From: Chiloscyllium plagiosum
Lineage: Eukaryota
Length of the DNA stretch: 64,000 nt
Assembly (NCBI RefSeq): GCF_004010195.1
Contig: NC_057719.1
Coordinates: 73,087,446-73,151,445 of the forward strand
Direction: 5' to 3'
A program made the translations under genes and the position numbers. Of the stretch, positions 12,796 through 24,068 are shown piece after piece. Each line of letters opens with the position of its first letter. The first letter of the stretch is position 1. The notes below the pieces were generated by a model. The model was not told the DNA's origin, ran no database searches, and was given only the letters and a program-made list of their open reading frames with translations.

Positions 12796-14496
12796 CTTTG
12801 GTATAAGGATTCTCAGCAAAAGGATAATTCAAAGTTTTTTTTGAAGAACCCTTCCAAAACTTTAAATTGCAAGTGATTTTTCTTTCAAACTGTGCTTGTG
12901 AAAAGCCCTGAAATTGTTTATTTCAGACAGATTGAGAGAACAACTAGTACTGGATATGCATAGAATGTCTATGTTTTTGATATAATTGTTCATTTACACA
13001 CAGAATAATCACATGGCTCTCGCCTCCTAACCTGGAAACGTAATCTTCTTTTACAGATGCCGATTGACCTATATAGCTCCGACATTTCTTTCTTTAGCTT
13101 TCTCTTTTACAGCTCACCAAGGCTCCTTCCAAATCTGGGACCTCCATCATGATGTAACAGATGCATGAAGGTACTGCTCTCTGTAGTTCCACTCCAAGGT
13201 TGACATCTCTTCTGACCTAGCTTGATTTCCTTTGAACACAAAGCAGTCTATTGAACAGCAGCCCATCCATCATTGAAACATTGTAGTTTACAATGTGTAC
13301 TTAGAGGAAAATTGAAATACAGCACTTCACCAGGGCTTTTTCAATGACAGCTCTCAAATGTGCTATGGCCACCACCCAGGACAAGCAGTAGGGGCATGGG
13401 CACTCCATAATCACCAAGTCATATACTAGTCTGTCTTGCGCACACATCTTGGCCTTTTCACAGTGTCTAGGTAAAAATGTTGGAATTCCTCACTAAAAAT
13501 GCAGTAGGGCTCTCATGAACCAATGTAGTAGGGCTGTCAACATGAACCAATTCAAAAGTGAATGCTACCACCACTTTCTCAAATGAAGCTCACCATGGAT
13601 GATACATGCCATCTGTTCCCACATCCAATAAAGGATCAGGGAAACAACAATTTCTCAACAGTCTTTGGAGCACAAGAATGTGAATGAGTTACAGAAAGAG
13701 GCGGCAAGTTTTATTTTAATTGAATTAACTTTTGGAAAAAATACAAAAATTCTGGAAATAGAAGCCTACTTATATTTGTGTCGACAGCAGGAGCAGAGGT
13801 AATTCATTTGGAGGTCTTGCAGGATTGTTGCAAAAAAGCCTGTAATTAAATGTATTGACATAGGCTTATCACATTAAATAAAGCTCTCACCATTTTATAG
13901 TGAGAGCTTCAAAGATACTACTCAGGAGTGGGAAGGAAGTGAGGGTGTAGCTGCATGATAAGGATGTCTTGGACTTTGACAGCACTAGGGTTGAAATGTG
14001 ATACAGTATTTGCTCCCTGCTGGATTCCTGGCATCCGTTTTCCGAGAACAAAAATGGATGAAACAGGCCTGACAGCACAACAGGGTCAAGAATAACAACT
14101 TGGGTTTGTATCTTCAAGCCAACTCTATTCTGCACATTTGTATGTTTATCACACAGTTATCACACTTTTTGTATAAATGACATGATAAACGTTTAAATTT
14201 CAGAAGTCGCACTGGCATTAAAAAAAGATCTTTGCATGTCTCAATTTCACACTTACAGCAGGTGAAGAAAAGTTTTACAAAAGTATGTGTAAACCTGCAC
14301 AAATTAATCATCAGTTTCTAATCTTTTCAAAAGTACACATTAAGGAGAAAAACAAGCAGATTTTGGTTTCATTAAAAAAAACAAATATGTTTACAATTCA
14401 CCGATTAACAAATGCTCTCACAACTGAATCATTACTTATGGTTTTGTTTGAAATGAGGGCTGTCACACACAGAGTTCTTCAGTTATTTTAAAAATA

Positions 14497-14657
14497 CAGA
14501 GGAACCTTGATTACCTGGCATTTGATTATCTGAATTTCGATGATCTGGACAAGATCGCAAGGTCCTGATGCTTGGCTAAACTGTGTTATCTGGCATTCGA
14601 TTATCCGAACATTTGATTATCCCCGCCTACATCATTCAGATAATCGAGGTTCCTCTG
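14497..14657. mobile_element. Tigger/pogo-like MITE
   Basis: 17-bp terminal inverted repeat (TIR) CAGAGGAACCTYGATTA with one mismatch, TA on both sides, and internal GATTATC repeats. Confidence 0.85.
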
Positions 14658-14729
14658 TATAATAAACTCCAAATTTTACTTGACTAAAGTTGTTGAAGTT
14701 TTTCCATTAGGTATTTTTTAAAAATTAGC

Positions 14730-16115
14730 AGAGAAAAATTGCAGGTGGCTCAGAAGAAACATCTCAGCATTGGACGTGACCCAGTAGTACTGATGTAGTG
14801 AACTGAAAAATGATAAAGGTAACACCCGTATTCAAGAAGGCAGAGAAACAGAAATCAGAAAACAAGAGATCAGTTCATTTATCAAGTAATTGAGAAAATG
14901 TTAAAATAAAGGAAGTAGCAGCACAACATTTTGAAAAATAAGCAGGGTCAACATGGTTTTGTGAAAGGGAAATGGCATTTGACAAATATATTAGTGTTCT
15001 TTGAGAATGTAACATACAAGCTGGATAGAGTTACCAGGAGAAGTTTTGTCCTTGCTTCCCAAAAAGCATTCAATAAGCTGCAACATAAAAGATTACTACA
15101 CAAGACAATAGTTCTTGTGGTCGGAATTATATATTGATAGAGAGTTGGCTAAACAACAGGGAAGAGAACCATGATAAATGGGTCAGTCCAAACTTGGCAA
15201 ACCAACTAGAGGAGTAACACAGTGATCAGTACTGTGGTCTCAACTATCTGTGATCTACTGATGATTTGGATGAAGGAACAAACTGACTTGTCGCAAAGTT
15301 TGCTGACAAGAGAAAGATAAAAAGGAAAGATGGTTGTGAAGATAAAACAAAGATACTGTAAAGGAATATAAATGAGTTATTAGTGGGATAAAAAAATGAC
15401 AGATGAAGTATAATGTAGGGAAATGTGAGAACAGTCACTTTGGCAAGAAATGACCTACAAATAGAGAGAAACTACAGAATATGCAGTAAAGATATTGCAT
15501 CGTATGTTAGGAAACAATATATTAAGCAATACAGTAAGCAATGAAGGTGAATGGAATGTTGACTTTTCTTGCTAGGTGGATACAATGTACAAAGGTGCCT
15601 TACTACATCTGTACAGGGTACTAGTGAGACCATATTTGCACTAGAGACAGTTGAGAGAATATTGACTACACTGATTCCTGGGACTAAGGGATTGTCTTTT
15701 AAGGTCAAGCAAATGGGCACTCTATTCATTAGAGTTTGGAAAATGAGAGGTGATCTTGTTGAAACAAAATTCTGAACTGAGCTGGAGATGGTGGATGCTG
15801 AGAGGATGTTCCACCCAAGAACTAGGGGACAGAGTTTAAAAATGAGCTCATAAATAAATCATTATGACTTAGACATGGAGAAATTTTCTCTTTAGAGAGT
15901 CGTTAATATTTCAAAATCTCTTTCAAAAGCAGTGGCATCTTGAGCACTGAATGCATTCAAGGCTGAATTAGGCAGATTTCTCATCCACAAAGGCATCAAG
16001 GATTGTGGACATGAAGGCAGAAAAGAGGAGATAAGGCAATAACCACAATCTTACTGAATTATGAAACAGGCTTGAGTGGGTGCATAGCACACTCCTGTTC
16101 CTTTATCTTATGATT
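14730..16115 (+). mobile_element. Degenerate CR1 LINE fragment
   Basis: QHGFVKGK, QKAFNK and KFAD remnants followed by a CR1-like 3' end. Confidence 0.75.
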
Positions 16116-16550
16116 TATTCAAAAAACACATTTAAGACTGCAAGATCTACATTCTGATCACACAGGTATAGGTCTGCAATAATATTCAATCTAAAATAAG
16201 AACAGCCAATAGAAGAACTAAGTAGGTCTGACAGTATCTGAGGAGAAAAGAATAAGAGTTAACATTTCAGGTCTACAGGCTTTCATCAGAACTAATATTC
16301 CAAGGCACGCTTTTGAGAAAATAAAAGTAGATAATTCAAGAAAAAGCAGATAACTATTATTGTAAAGTGTGTGATCTTAATTTTGTTCAAAACACAATTT
16401 TAGACATTTCAATGACAGGAAAAAAAACTAACTTCAAAAGAGATTCAATGGTACATTTTTATTGTAGATTTTCAACAAGTTTCAACGTTTTCGTCAATTT
16501 TCAGTTGTTTGTCGCAAGTGCAAAAGTTTCTAAAATGTCAAATTGAATGA

Positions 16551-16592
16551 TGAGGTGCTTTACTGGATCAGTGAGGTGCTTTACTGGATCAG
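16551..16592. repeat. 21-bp tandem duplication
   Basis: tgaggtgctttactggatcag occurs twice in tandem. Confidence 0.9.
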
Positions 16593-17589
16593 AGTCTAAG
16601 GACAGAGAATTCAAATGGCAAGTGATCAGAAGCTCAAGGTTATGCCCCTGCACTGAACAGAAGCATTCAACAAAAATTACAACTGAATGTTTCACATAAA
16701 GTACTGTCTATGGCCCTGGGCAGGCAGAAGGGATAAGGTGTAAGTGTTTCATTTCCTCTACCTACGCAGGATGGTGACATGGAAAGGGTAAACAAGTTTG
16801 AGGATGATGGATGCCATTCTGGCACCAGATTGGAATGGGGATTCGTACCTTTTGAATGCTAAAAGAGGGCTGACAAGGTTCTCCACCATTTTTTTGCACC
16901 TTTCCTTCCTCCCAGAACCTTGTCTTCATCTTCAATCGAACCAGCCTCCACAGCAACAGATCACCTCACTTGTAACAGCAATGCTGAGCACATCTTACCT
17001 CTGTGAACCATGTTTTTCTTCTTGACCTGCTTATTTGTCCTGAACTATTATCCCTATTTAGGACACTCCTTCCATTCAACACGATCACAAAATTTACCCT
17101 TCGGTTCTATCCTTCCCTTTCCTTCTTTTATTTGCTTGAAGTTGGTTACATTAATAACTTTTTCCAGTTCTGACATTTGCAGACTCGAAAGATTAATTAT
17201 GTTTCTTGCTCCATGATTGCCAAGTAGCATGCATTATTTTCAATATGTTATACTGTAAGCTTGTGTTTATTTTTGAATGAGCGCGCATTCAAATTTTCTT
17301 CAATATCAGATTGCTTTCACACTTTGAAATCAAAAGATTCAACAGCTATTATGCAGCTGAGATTTTTTTGTATAGTCTAGATGGAAGGTGTGACTTCTGA
17401 TAATGTGATCATACACTGAACAATTGCAATGTCCACAAAAAATTAATAAAACAAACTCCTTAAAGTGAGTTACAAATTGGACATTCTTGAAAAGTTACTG
17501 ATTCAAAGCACCGAGGTATTTGCTTGCTGTTATTTTTTCATGAAAAGAGATTAAATCAGGCGTTCTACTGCTGGTCTCCTACTGTTCAT

Positions 17590-18120
17590 ACGAACAAGAA
17601 TAGGTCATTCAGTCCCTTCAGCTTTCCTCCATTCAATAAGATCATGGCTGATCTATGGCCTCATTCCATATAACTGTCTTTCCCTATATCCCTCAACAGC
17701 TATGCGTAACAAAATTTATCTATCTCAGGTTTAAAATTAACAATCGATTTAGTATCAATTGCCATTTGTGAAAGAGAATTCCAAACATCTACCACTCTTT
17801 CAATGTAAGAAGTGCTCCCTAACATTTCTAATGCATGGTCAGGCTTTAATTTTTAGACCACACACCCAGTTCTCGAATCCCTAACCAGCAGGAACAGCTT
17901 CATTGTCTACCCTGTCATTTCAGGTTAATATCTGGATGACTTCCCTCTGATCACCCCTTAATCTTTTAAGTAATAGAGAAAACAGGCCTAATTTTATAAT
18001 CCCTCCTCATAATTTAACATTTGAAGTCAAGGTGTCATTCTTGCAAACACAGTGTACTCCCTCCAAGGCCTATGAATCCTTCCCAAGGTGTGGTGCCCAC
18101 ATCTGCAACAGTATTCCCAG
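17590..18120 (-). mobile_element. Degenerate CR1 3' fragment
   Basis: Similar to the 3' ends at 9640 and 50833 (cattcaataagatcatggctgat). Confidence 0.65.
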
Positions 18121-19124
18121 TGGAGAAATTCAAAGATCTTTAAACAACAATTTCCAAACCTACAACCACTTCTATCTTGATAGGCAAGGGTAGCAGATAC
18201 ATGGGAACGTCATCAATCCTGACTTGGAAATATAGCAAAGTTCCTTTACTTTCGCTGAGCCAAAATCTTGGAATTTATTCCCAAAGATATCGTGGTTCAA
18301 CCTACAGAAAGTGGGCTGCAGCAGTTCAAGGAAACAGCTCACTCACTATCTTCTCAGGAGCCATTTGGATGAGCAATAAATGCTGGCCAGCCAGCGATAT
18401 CCACGTCCCAAGCGTGAATAAGAAAAAAAACATAAAAGTACTCAAAAAAATTCTAACTACAATGCCTCCACCATAATCTTCAGATTTAGTGTGAGGACCA
18501 TCAAAGAAACGCTAATGTGCTACTTGAAGTCAGCTTTCAGGAATAACTCCCAAAACTAATGTTGATGAACTGCACACTGTTAAAATAGCCCATAAACATA
18601 CGTCCCATCTTGGTCCTGTTCCTTAACTCTTTAATGGACAACTCATGCCATTCCAAAGACCACTCTGAAACCGTCCTTGAAGTGTCACAGCACTAACATT
18701 ATTGCTCTCAATCATTCAGAAAATTAACGTCTTGTACATCAAGCTGCATCACGCATCAAGTCCCAAAGCCTTAATGAAGCAGAACGAACTCTGTTCTTTA
18801 TTTCTTGGACAACTGTGGGAGACTGATCCTGGGAGTTTCGAAGGTGCGTTCCAGCGATTCGAACGGGACTTCAAGTGAGGGAGCTGGTCAGTTAAAGAGG
18901 AAGTAACGTTGTGACTCAACGAAATAAGTTACAAAATTTGGATGATGTTCGACCTCCTTCCCCTTTCTAATATTTGTGGAATAAAGTCGTAGACGTAAAG
19001 AAATTTGGAAATCCACACGATATCACATTGTAAACTGATGCTTCCGTCTTCACTCTGAGTCCTGAGAGAGTTGTTATACCCATTGTCAGGTCAGACCTCC
19101 TTCTCTCTCCATCTCCTCCTCCAA

Positions 19125-19134
19125 CCGCCATGTT
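19125..19134 (-). promoter_or_regulatory. YY1-like motif AACATGGCGG on the minus strand
   Basis: ccgccatgtt on +, matching AANATGGCG. Confidence 0.55.
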
Positions 19135-19188
19135 ACCCTCCTTTCTGCGCGATGTCTCTCGGGAAGTACAGACCGTGGCGGTGAAGGG

Positions 19189-19398
19189 ACTACAATTCCC
19201 GTCGGCCCCCAGCATCCAAGGCGCGGGGGTGACACGCGACATCCGCCGCCTCGATGGACTTCCGGCCATCTCTTCCATCTCGTTGACCGGGTGGAACGCA
19301 GCCGGCGGTGGGGCGGGGGAATGATGGGGATAGTAGTCCAGGCGTCGTGCGAGGATGTGGGCGACGATGGTGGAAGGGACTACAACTCCCAGCGGCGC
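19189..19398. promoter_or_regulatory. Cluster of ZNF143/THAP11-type ACTACAnTCCC motifs
   Basis: ACTACAATTCCC at 19189-19200 (+), ACTACAACTCCCAGCGGCGC at 19379-19398 (+), and a variant ACTACTATCCCCATCAT on - at 19321-19337. Confidence 0.75.
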
Positions 19399-19407
19399 TC
19401 GCACAGC

Positions 19408-19419
19408 CGCACATGCGCA
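19408..19419. promoter_or_regulatory. NRF1-like motif
   Basis: CGCACATGCGCA, one mismatch to YGCGCAYGCGCR, within the CpG island. Confidence 0.6.
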
Positions 19420-19651
19420 GTGGGAGCGAGGTGGATGTCCGGGGAGGGGGGGGAGCCGTGGCCTGTCGGGCGGAGCTGCTCCCGGAGTCACGAGTGATTT
19501 TCCTGTTGGTTTCTCCCTTCACACTTGTGTGTTTTGTTTTCGTTTTGTGTGCCTCTCCGACATTGATTATTATTTCTGTGAAAGTCCAGTTTCCGTTTTG
19601 CGATCGAAGCGTTGGTTAATTTTTTTTCGGCGTATTCAATTTAAAAAAAGC

Positions 19652-19687
19652 ATGAGCGATAACGATGACATCGAGGTCGAAAGCGAC
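19652..19687 (+). CDS. MAX: MAX coding exon 1 (MSDNDDIEVESD)
   Basis: ATG at 19652 and 36 nt encoding the MAX N-terminus, including Ser2 and Ser11. GTAAGT donor at 19688. Confidence 0.97.
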
Positions 19688-19966
19688 GTAAGTCTCGCCT
19701 GGTCCCTTTTTATTATTGCTATTTTTGTTTTGAAATTTTGCTTGATTTTTTTTCAGTTTCGTTTGTGTTTCGAAAATAATAATAAAACGTTCTTAACGTA
19801 TTGGGAGCTGTTTCCACCTGATTGTGAAAAAAAAATTCCCCCCATTTCTCTGTAGTTACGGATTTCCCCCCATTCTCTCTTTCTCTCTCTCTTTCTGTCG
19901 ATTTTTTTTTGTGAAGTGCCAACTCTCCGGCTGTGTGATCATTTTGTGCACTTGTCTGTTTTTCAG

Positions 19967-19993
19967 GAAGAACAGCCGAGGTTTCAGACAGCG
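19967..19993 (+). CDS. MAX: MAX 27-nt exon 2 (EEQPRFQTA), the p22/p21 alternative exon
   Basis: Acceptor cttgtctgtttttcAG, 27 nt in frame, GTACGT donor. Matches mammalian EEQPRFQSA. Not shown in the ORF track. Confidence 0.95.
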
Positions 19994-22900
19994 GTACGTA
20001 ACGGAGGATTAACATAGACCCCGTCTCGTCGCCTTGATTTTTTTTATATATATAAAAACACATTTATTTCTATACTTAAACCTATTTCACCACCCCTTAA
20101 GCTTAATTAACTTAGTGTTTTAAAAAAAAAATCAAAATACTCTTAAAAGCCTGTATTATTTCTAAAATAATTATTGGGATGTGGCTTCAAGCTGCTGTCC
20201 CTGTGACCTCCCTCTTTTATTAGAATTTTATTGTAATCCTTTTCTTTCTTTCAAGAAACCTAACTTGTATCCTTTTTTGTTTTAAAAAAAAATCAATTCC
20301 TCCGCCCATTGCCTGAGTCTGGTCAAATGGCCACTCAAGGCCTTTAGAGCTTGAATGATAGCGTCTAAGATTGAAGACATTACAAAGGCCCCAACAGCCT
20401 TTCATGCAAAAAAGCTCACAATATGGCACTTTAACCCTCGCTGTCTTAGAAATACTTTTCCTCCATCTGTTGCCTGTCGATCTTCTATCTTCGTTACACT
20501 TCTGGAGATTTTCATTCCACCCCCTTTCCCCCCCAATGTACTGTTTTTAAAAACAATTCATTTTGCCCACAAGCCTCAGCGCGTCCTATTTACATCCATT
20601 CCACTCTTGTACTGAAGCCAAACAAACAGATTCGCTCGAAATCGCTGGCATCTCATTTTTATTCCAGTATGTCTTTTTATTAAATCCCTCTCCTTGACCT
20701 CGATTCACCCACTCTTCACTTTTCGCGTGAAAGTGTGATCGACCCATCGGAAACCTGCACTAATGGGAGCAGTTAACAAATTCGTCGTGACGCTTTTTCT
20801 CTCCCTCCCTTCCTCTTTTGTAGATGTGTAAACGTGTTTGATACAGCGGCTTCGGGGACGACCGGCTGCTGAAAGCAATTCTTATTCGTCGTTTTCGATA
20901 AACTTTTTTTCCCCCTCTCTCCACGTATCAAAAACGAAATGTATATAGTTAAGATATTTGTACGAGTTTTTTGGTGATATGCATAACACAAAATGGACTC
21001 CAGGAAGTGTGTGTGTGTGTGTAATCTTTGATCAGGTAGAATGATGCATTTAAAGCTAGCTGAGCATTTAGCTCTATAAACATGATCCAAGTTTATGTGT
21101 AGTATTAAATATTAAAAATAAATTGACAGAATAAGTTCAAGGTCACGTGAAAAATTATACTTTTTTGTGATGTGTATAATAGTCTATACCACATTCACAT
21201 AAGTCAGCTGTACTGCCTAATGATGAACAGTCAAGATGCCAAATACTCCACTCTTTGGTGGACTGAAGTCCTAACATTTGGCTGACATTCAGATCCTGAA
21301 GCCCATACATTTGTTTGTTTATTGTCCATTACTAGGCACCAAGAATGGTGACACTTAGATCTTTTATTTATGTCTCCTGCGAAGTAAGCACAGAGCAACA
21401 ATGGCCTTGAAAGTTGTGGAGGGATCTGTGACCTATTTGACTGACCTCCAACATTTAGTGTTGAGGTGAGACTTATTGCATTGACCACAATTAAGTTTTT
21501 GTCTTAATTGTAACTAACATTCAATAAAGGAAAAATAGGCAAATGGTTCTTGACCTGTGGAAAATAAATAAGAATGAGATTTATAGATGTTATGAATAAT
21601 ACTGAGAATAGAATGTTTATTAGGGATTGTGTATTCAGAAAATCATTGTTAATCATGCTTATAGGTTTTCCACCTGTGCAGGCTTTGGAGGGAAGCATTG
21701 CAGGGGCACCAAATCTTATGTATTTGAGTTGTTGTTGCACCAGTCAGGTTTCATGCTTGCAGTGGACTGTAAATTAATTGCAGTTAAAGCTGCTGCTATC
21801 ACATTTTTTTGCATTTGAAATTGAGTAACATTGCATTTTTTTCATGCAAATCCTAGGTGTATTTATTGGGTAAATTCCTAACTGTTCATTAAATACCGAG
21901 TTGAGTGTGTGGTGCTGGCAAAGCACAGCAGGTCAGGCATCAGCCCACTTTAAATAAAATCTATCAGAAAAATGCAATTAACAAGTTTTCCCAGTTCATG
22001 GGAGTTTCGGTTAAAACACAGTTTTGTTTGCAAGTCAGATCATTATCTGTTTTCCAGCAAGAACCTGCATTGAATGTTGCCAAAAAAGATTATTTGGTTT
22101 ACCAATACTTTGACAATTACACTACTCCTAAGTGGTCAGGCTAATATATGGTTATCTGCTTGCTCACAGCTTTAACTTCCTGTGTAATATGATAGTTTGA
22201 TAAGAAATTAAACCATGAGAATCTTTTCATAAAAAATTAGCTTAAATGTTTATGCAGTATTTTTGAGGTGTTATTCAGTATTCCAGTATCTCACCTGATA
22301 ATGTTAAAGCTGACATTACTATTCGCAGATGCGCAAAGCTGCCTCAAAAATTTTTTGTGGAATGTGACTTATGTCCTTTATACTAATTATCCAATTTGGT
22401 GAGGCACATTCAGGAGTTTGAAAGAAAGAATATGAAGTCAGAGTCAGTTTTGGTTATCTGCAATCATTTTTCCTATATGGTGTGTAATGCTTTGTGGATT
22501 AAGCACAATTCCTGCATTTAAAGTTCTTTCTTATTAGTTACTTGCCATACCACTACAAACCAAACTGAAAGTTAGAATCGCCAAGAAGTAAATTGTAAAT
22601 GATGTTGCCCCAGGAAAGTATGTTTTTATTGACTTACAGGATATTTCCACTGCTTTTGACTGAGTGCATGTTTTAAAAGTTTGTACCCTTTTCTGTGTCG
22701 TGCTTCATCTTGTGAACAGGGTTTTTAGTTAACATTAGTGTAACTTTAATTTGTCATTATTGTTTGTCATTGTCTTTGTTAGAATTGATAAATATCTATT
22801 AAATGTTGGGTGTTCTGTTCAAGAAACAACTGATTTGATTGCCATTGGTGTGTGAATCTTATGGTTGCACAATATGTTTGCGTAATTTGTTCTTTTAATT

Positions 22901-23419
22901 TGCTTTTTCTCTGCAACATAAATGTTTTAAAATATTTATTTTGAAATAGAGAGGCGAAAGGGTTCTTTAAAATGTTTACTGCTGTTATAATATCTGCTCC
23001 TGGTTCATAAGAGATCTGATCCCAAGAATTACACTTAGCAAAGCTACTGTCTCATGTTAATATTTAAATATTGATTTCAAGTTTTAAGGGGCGGTTAGAT
23101 TTTAAACATGCAACGTTCAATGACATTTTGAGTTCACTGCTGTTCATAAAATCTACAGTTAACAAGACAGAAAATGTTAAGAATGTAAATTGTTGGAACT
23201 CCAGTGAACAGTCAGGCGACACACTTTTTTCTCTTTTTTATTCCCTCCGTCATTTTTCTTAAATGAAAAATTCAAACCTGAAATCCTAAGTTCATTTACT
23301 AAGGAACTTTAACTTTTAAATTTAATATCATTTGAAATCAACTAAATTTTTATTCCCTTAAAAGAAAGCATCCTTAAGTTGGGTGTGATATTGGCTGTTG
23401 TATTTAAGTGTATTTTCTT

Positions 23420-23527
23420 ATTACCAGTTAGTTCAGGGTTGTTATTACACACATCTGGAGCATGTGAGAGTTGAACCTAGGCCTCTTGCTTTAGAAGTAG
23501 GGATGTTTTCACTGCCACAAGAGCCCT
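23420..23527 (-). mobile_element. Short tRNA-derived SINE copy, same family as 11922
   Basis: Shares gttcag..gttatta..ctggagca..gaacctaggcctc..ccacaag.gccc with the other copies. Confidence 0.6.
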
Positions 23528-23960
23528 CCACAAGATCCTTTATTTTCACCTTGAAGGCAACAAGGATGGGAATCCCTGGCAGATGTTGCATTTCAAATCT
23601 AAACTAGTTAACGTTTAAAACCTGTGTGCCTTGTAAATGCTGAAAACAGATTAAATGATTCATTGGCTATATTAAAATAATTCGTTAATTTTAGCTATTT
23701 CGAATTTGGGACTCTAGCTGATGCAGCTGCAGGAGGGTAGGCTAGCACCAGATGCTGGCTGGGTAGAGAGAATTTGAAGACTTTGGTGTTTGTGTACTAT
23801 TAACGTATGATTCAAAAATGATATTCTTTAACTGGATTGTCCATAGTAACTTGCAATTTCAGCACTATTAAATATCATTAAGATATGACTCATGAACATG
23901 TGTTTACCCTTTTATGAAAAGTATTTCAAGCTAACTGATGGTGTCATATTATTTTTTCAG

Positions 23961-24068
23961 GCAGATAAAAGAGCACACCACAATGCGTTGGAGCGCAAGC
24001 GCAGGGATCACATCAAAGACAGCTTTCATAGTTTACGTGACTCCGTACCATCACTCCAGGGTGAAAAG
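23961..24068 (+). CDS. MAX: MAX exon 3, basic region and helix 1 ([36 protein letters not shown])
   Basis: ttttttcAG acceptor, 108 nt, GTTGGT donor. Canonical MAX bHLH basic region. Confidence 0.98.

Larger units (their letters stand above)
18830..19700. promoter_or_regulatory. CpG-island promoter of MAX, possibly bidirectional
   Basis: Abrupt rise in GC and CpG against a CpG-poor background, directly upstream of the MAX ATG. GC box GGGGCGGGG near 19310. CpG enrichment persists to about 20950. Confidence 0.85.

Noticed and set aside
13881..13909. 10-bp inverted repeat aagctctcac/gtgagagctt
   Set aside because: Too short and isolated to tell from chance.
18967..19855. Long overlapping ORFs across the promoter (174, 166, 110 and 103 aa)
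   Set aside because: Expected in a GC-rich island poor in stop codons. Only the MSDNDDIEVESD segment matches a known protein.
21007..21022. (GT)8 microsatellite
   Set aside because: Ordinary short microsatellite.
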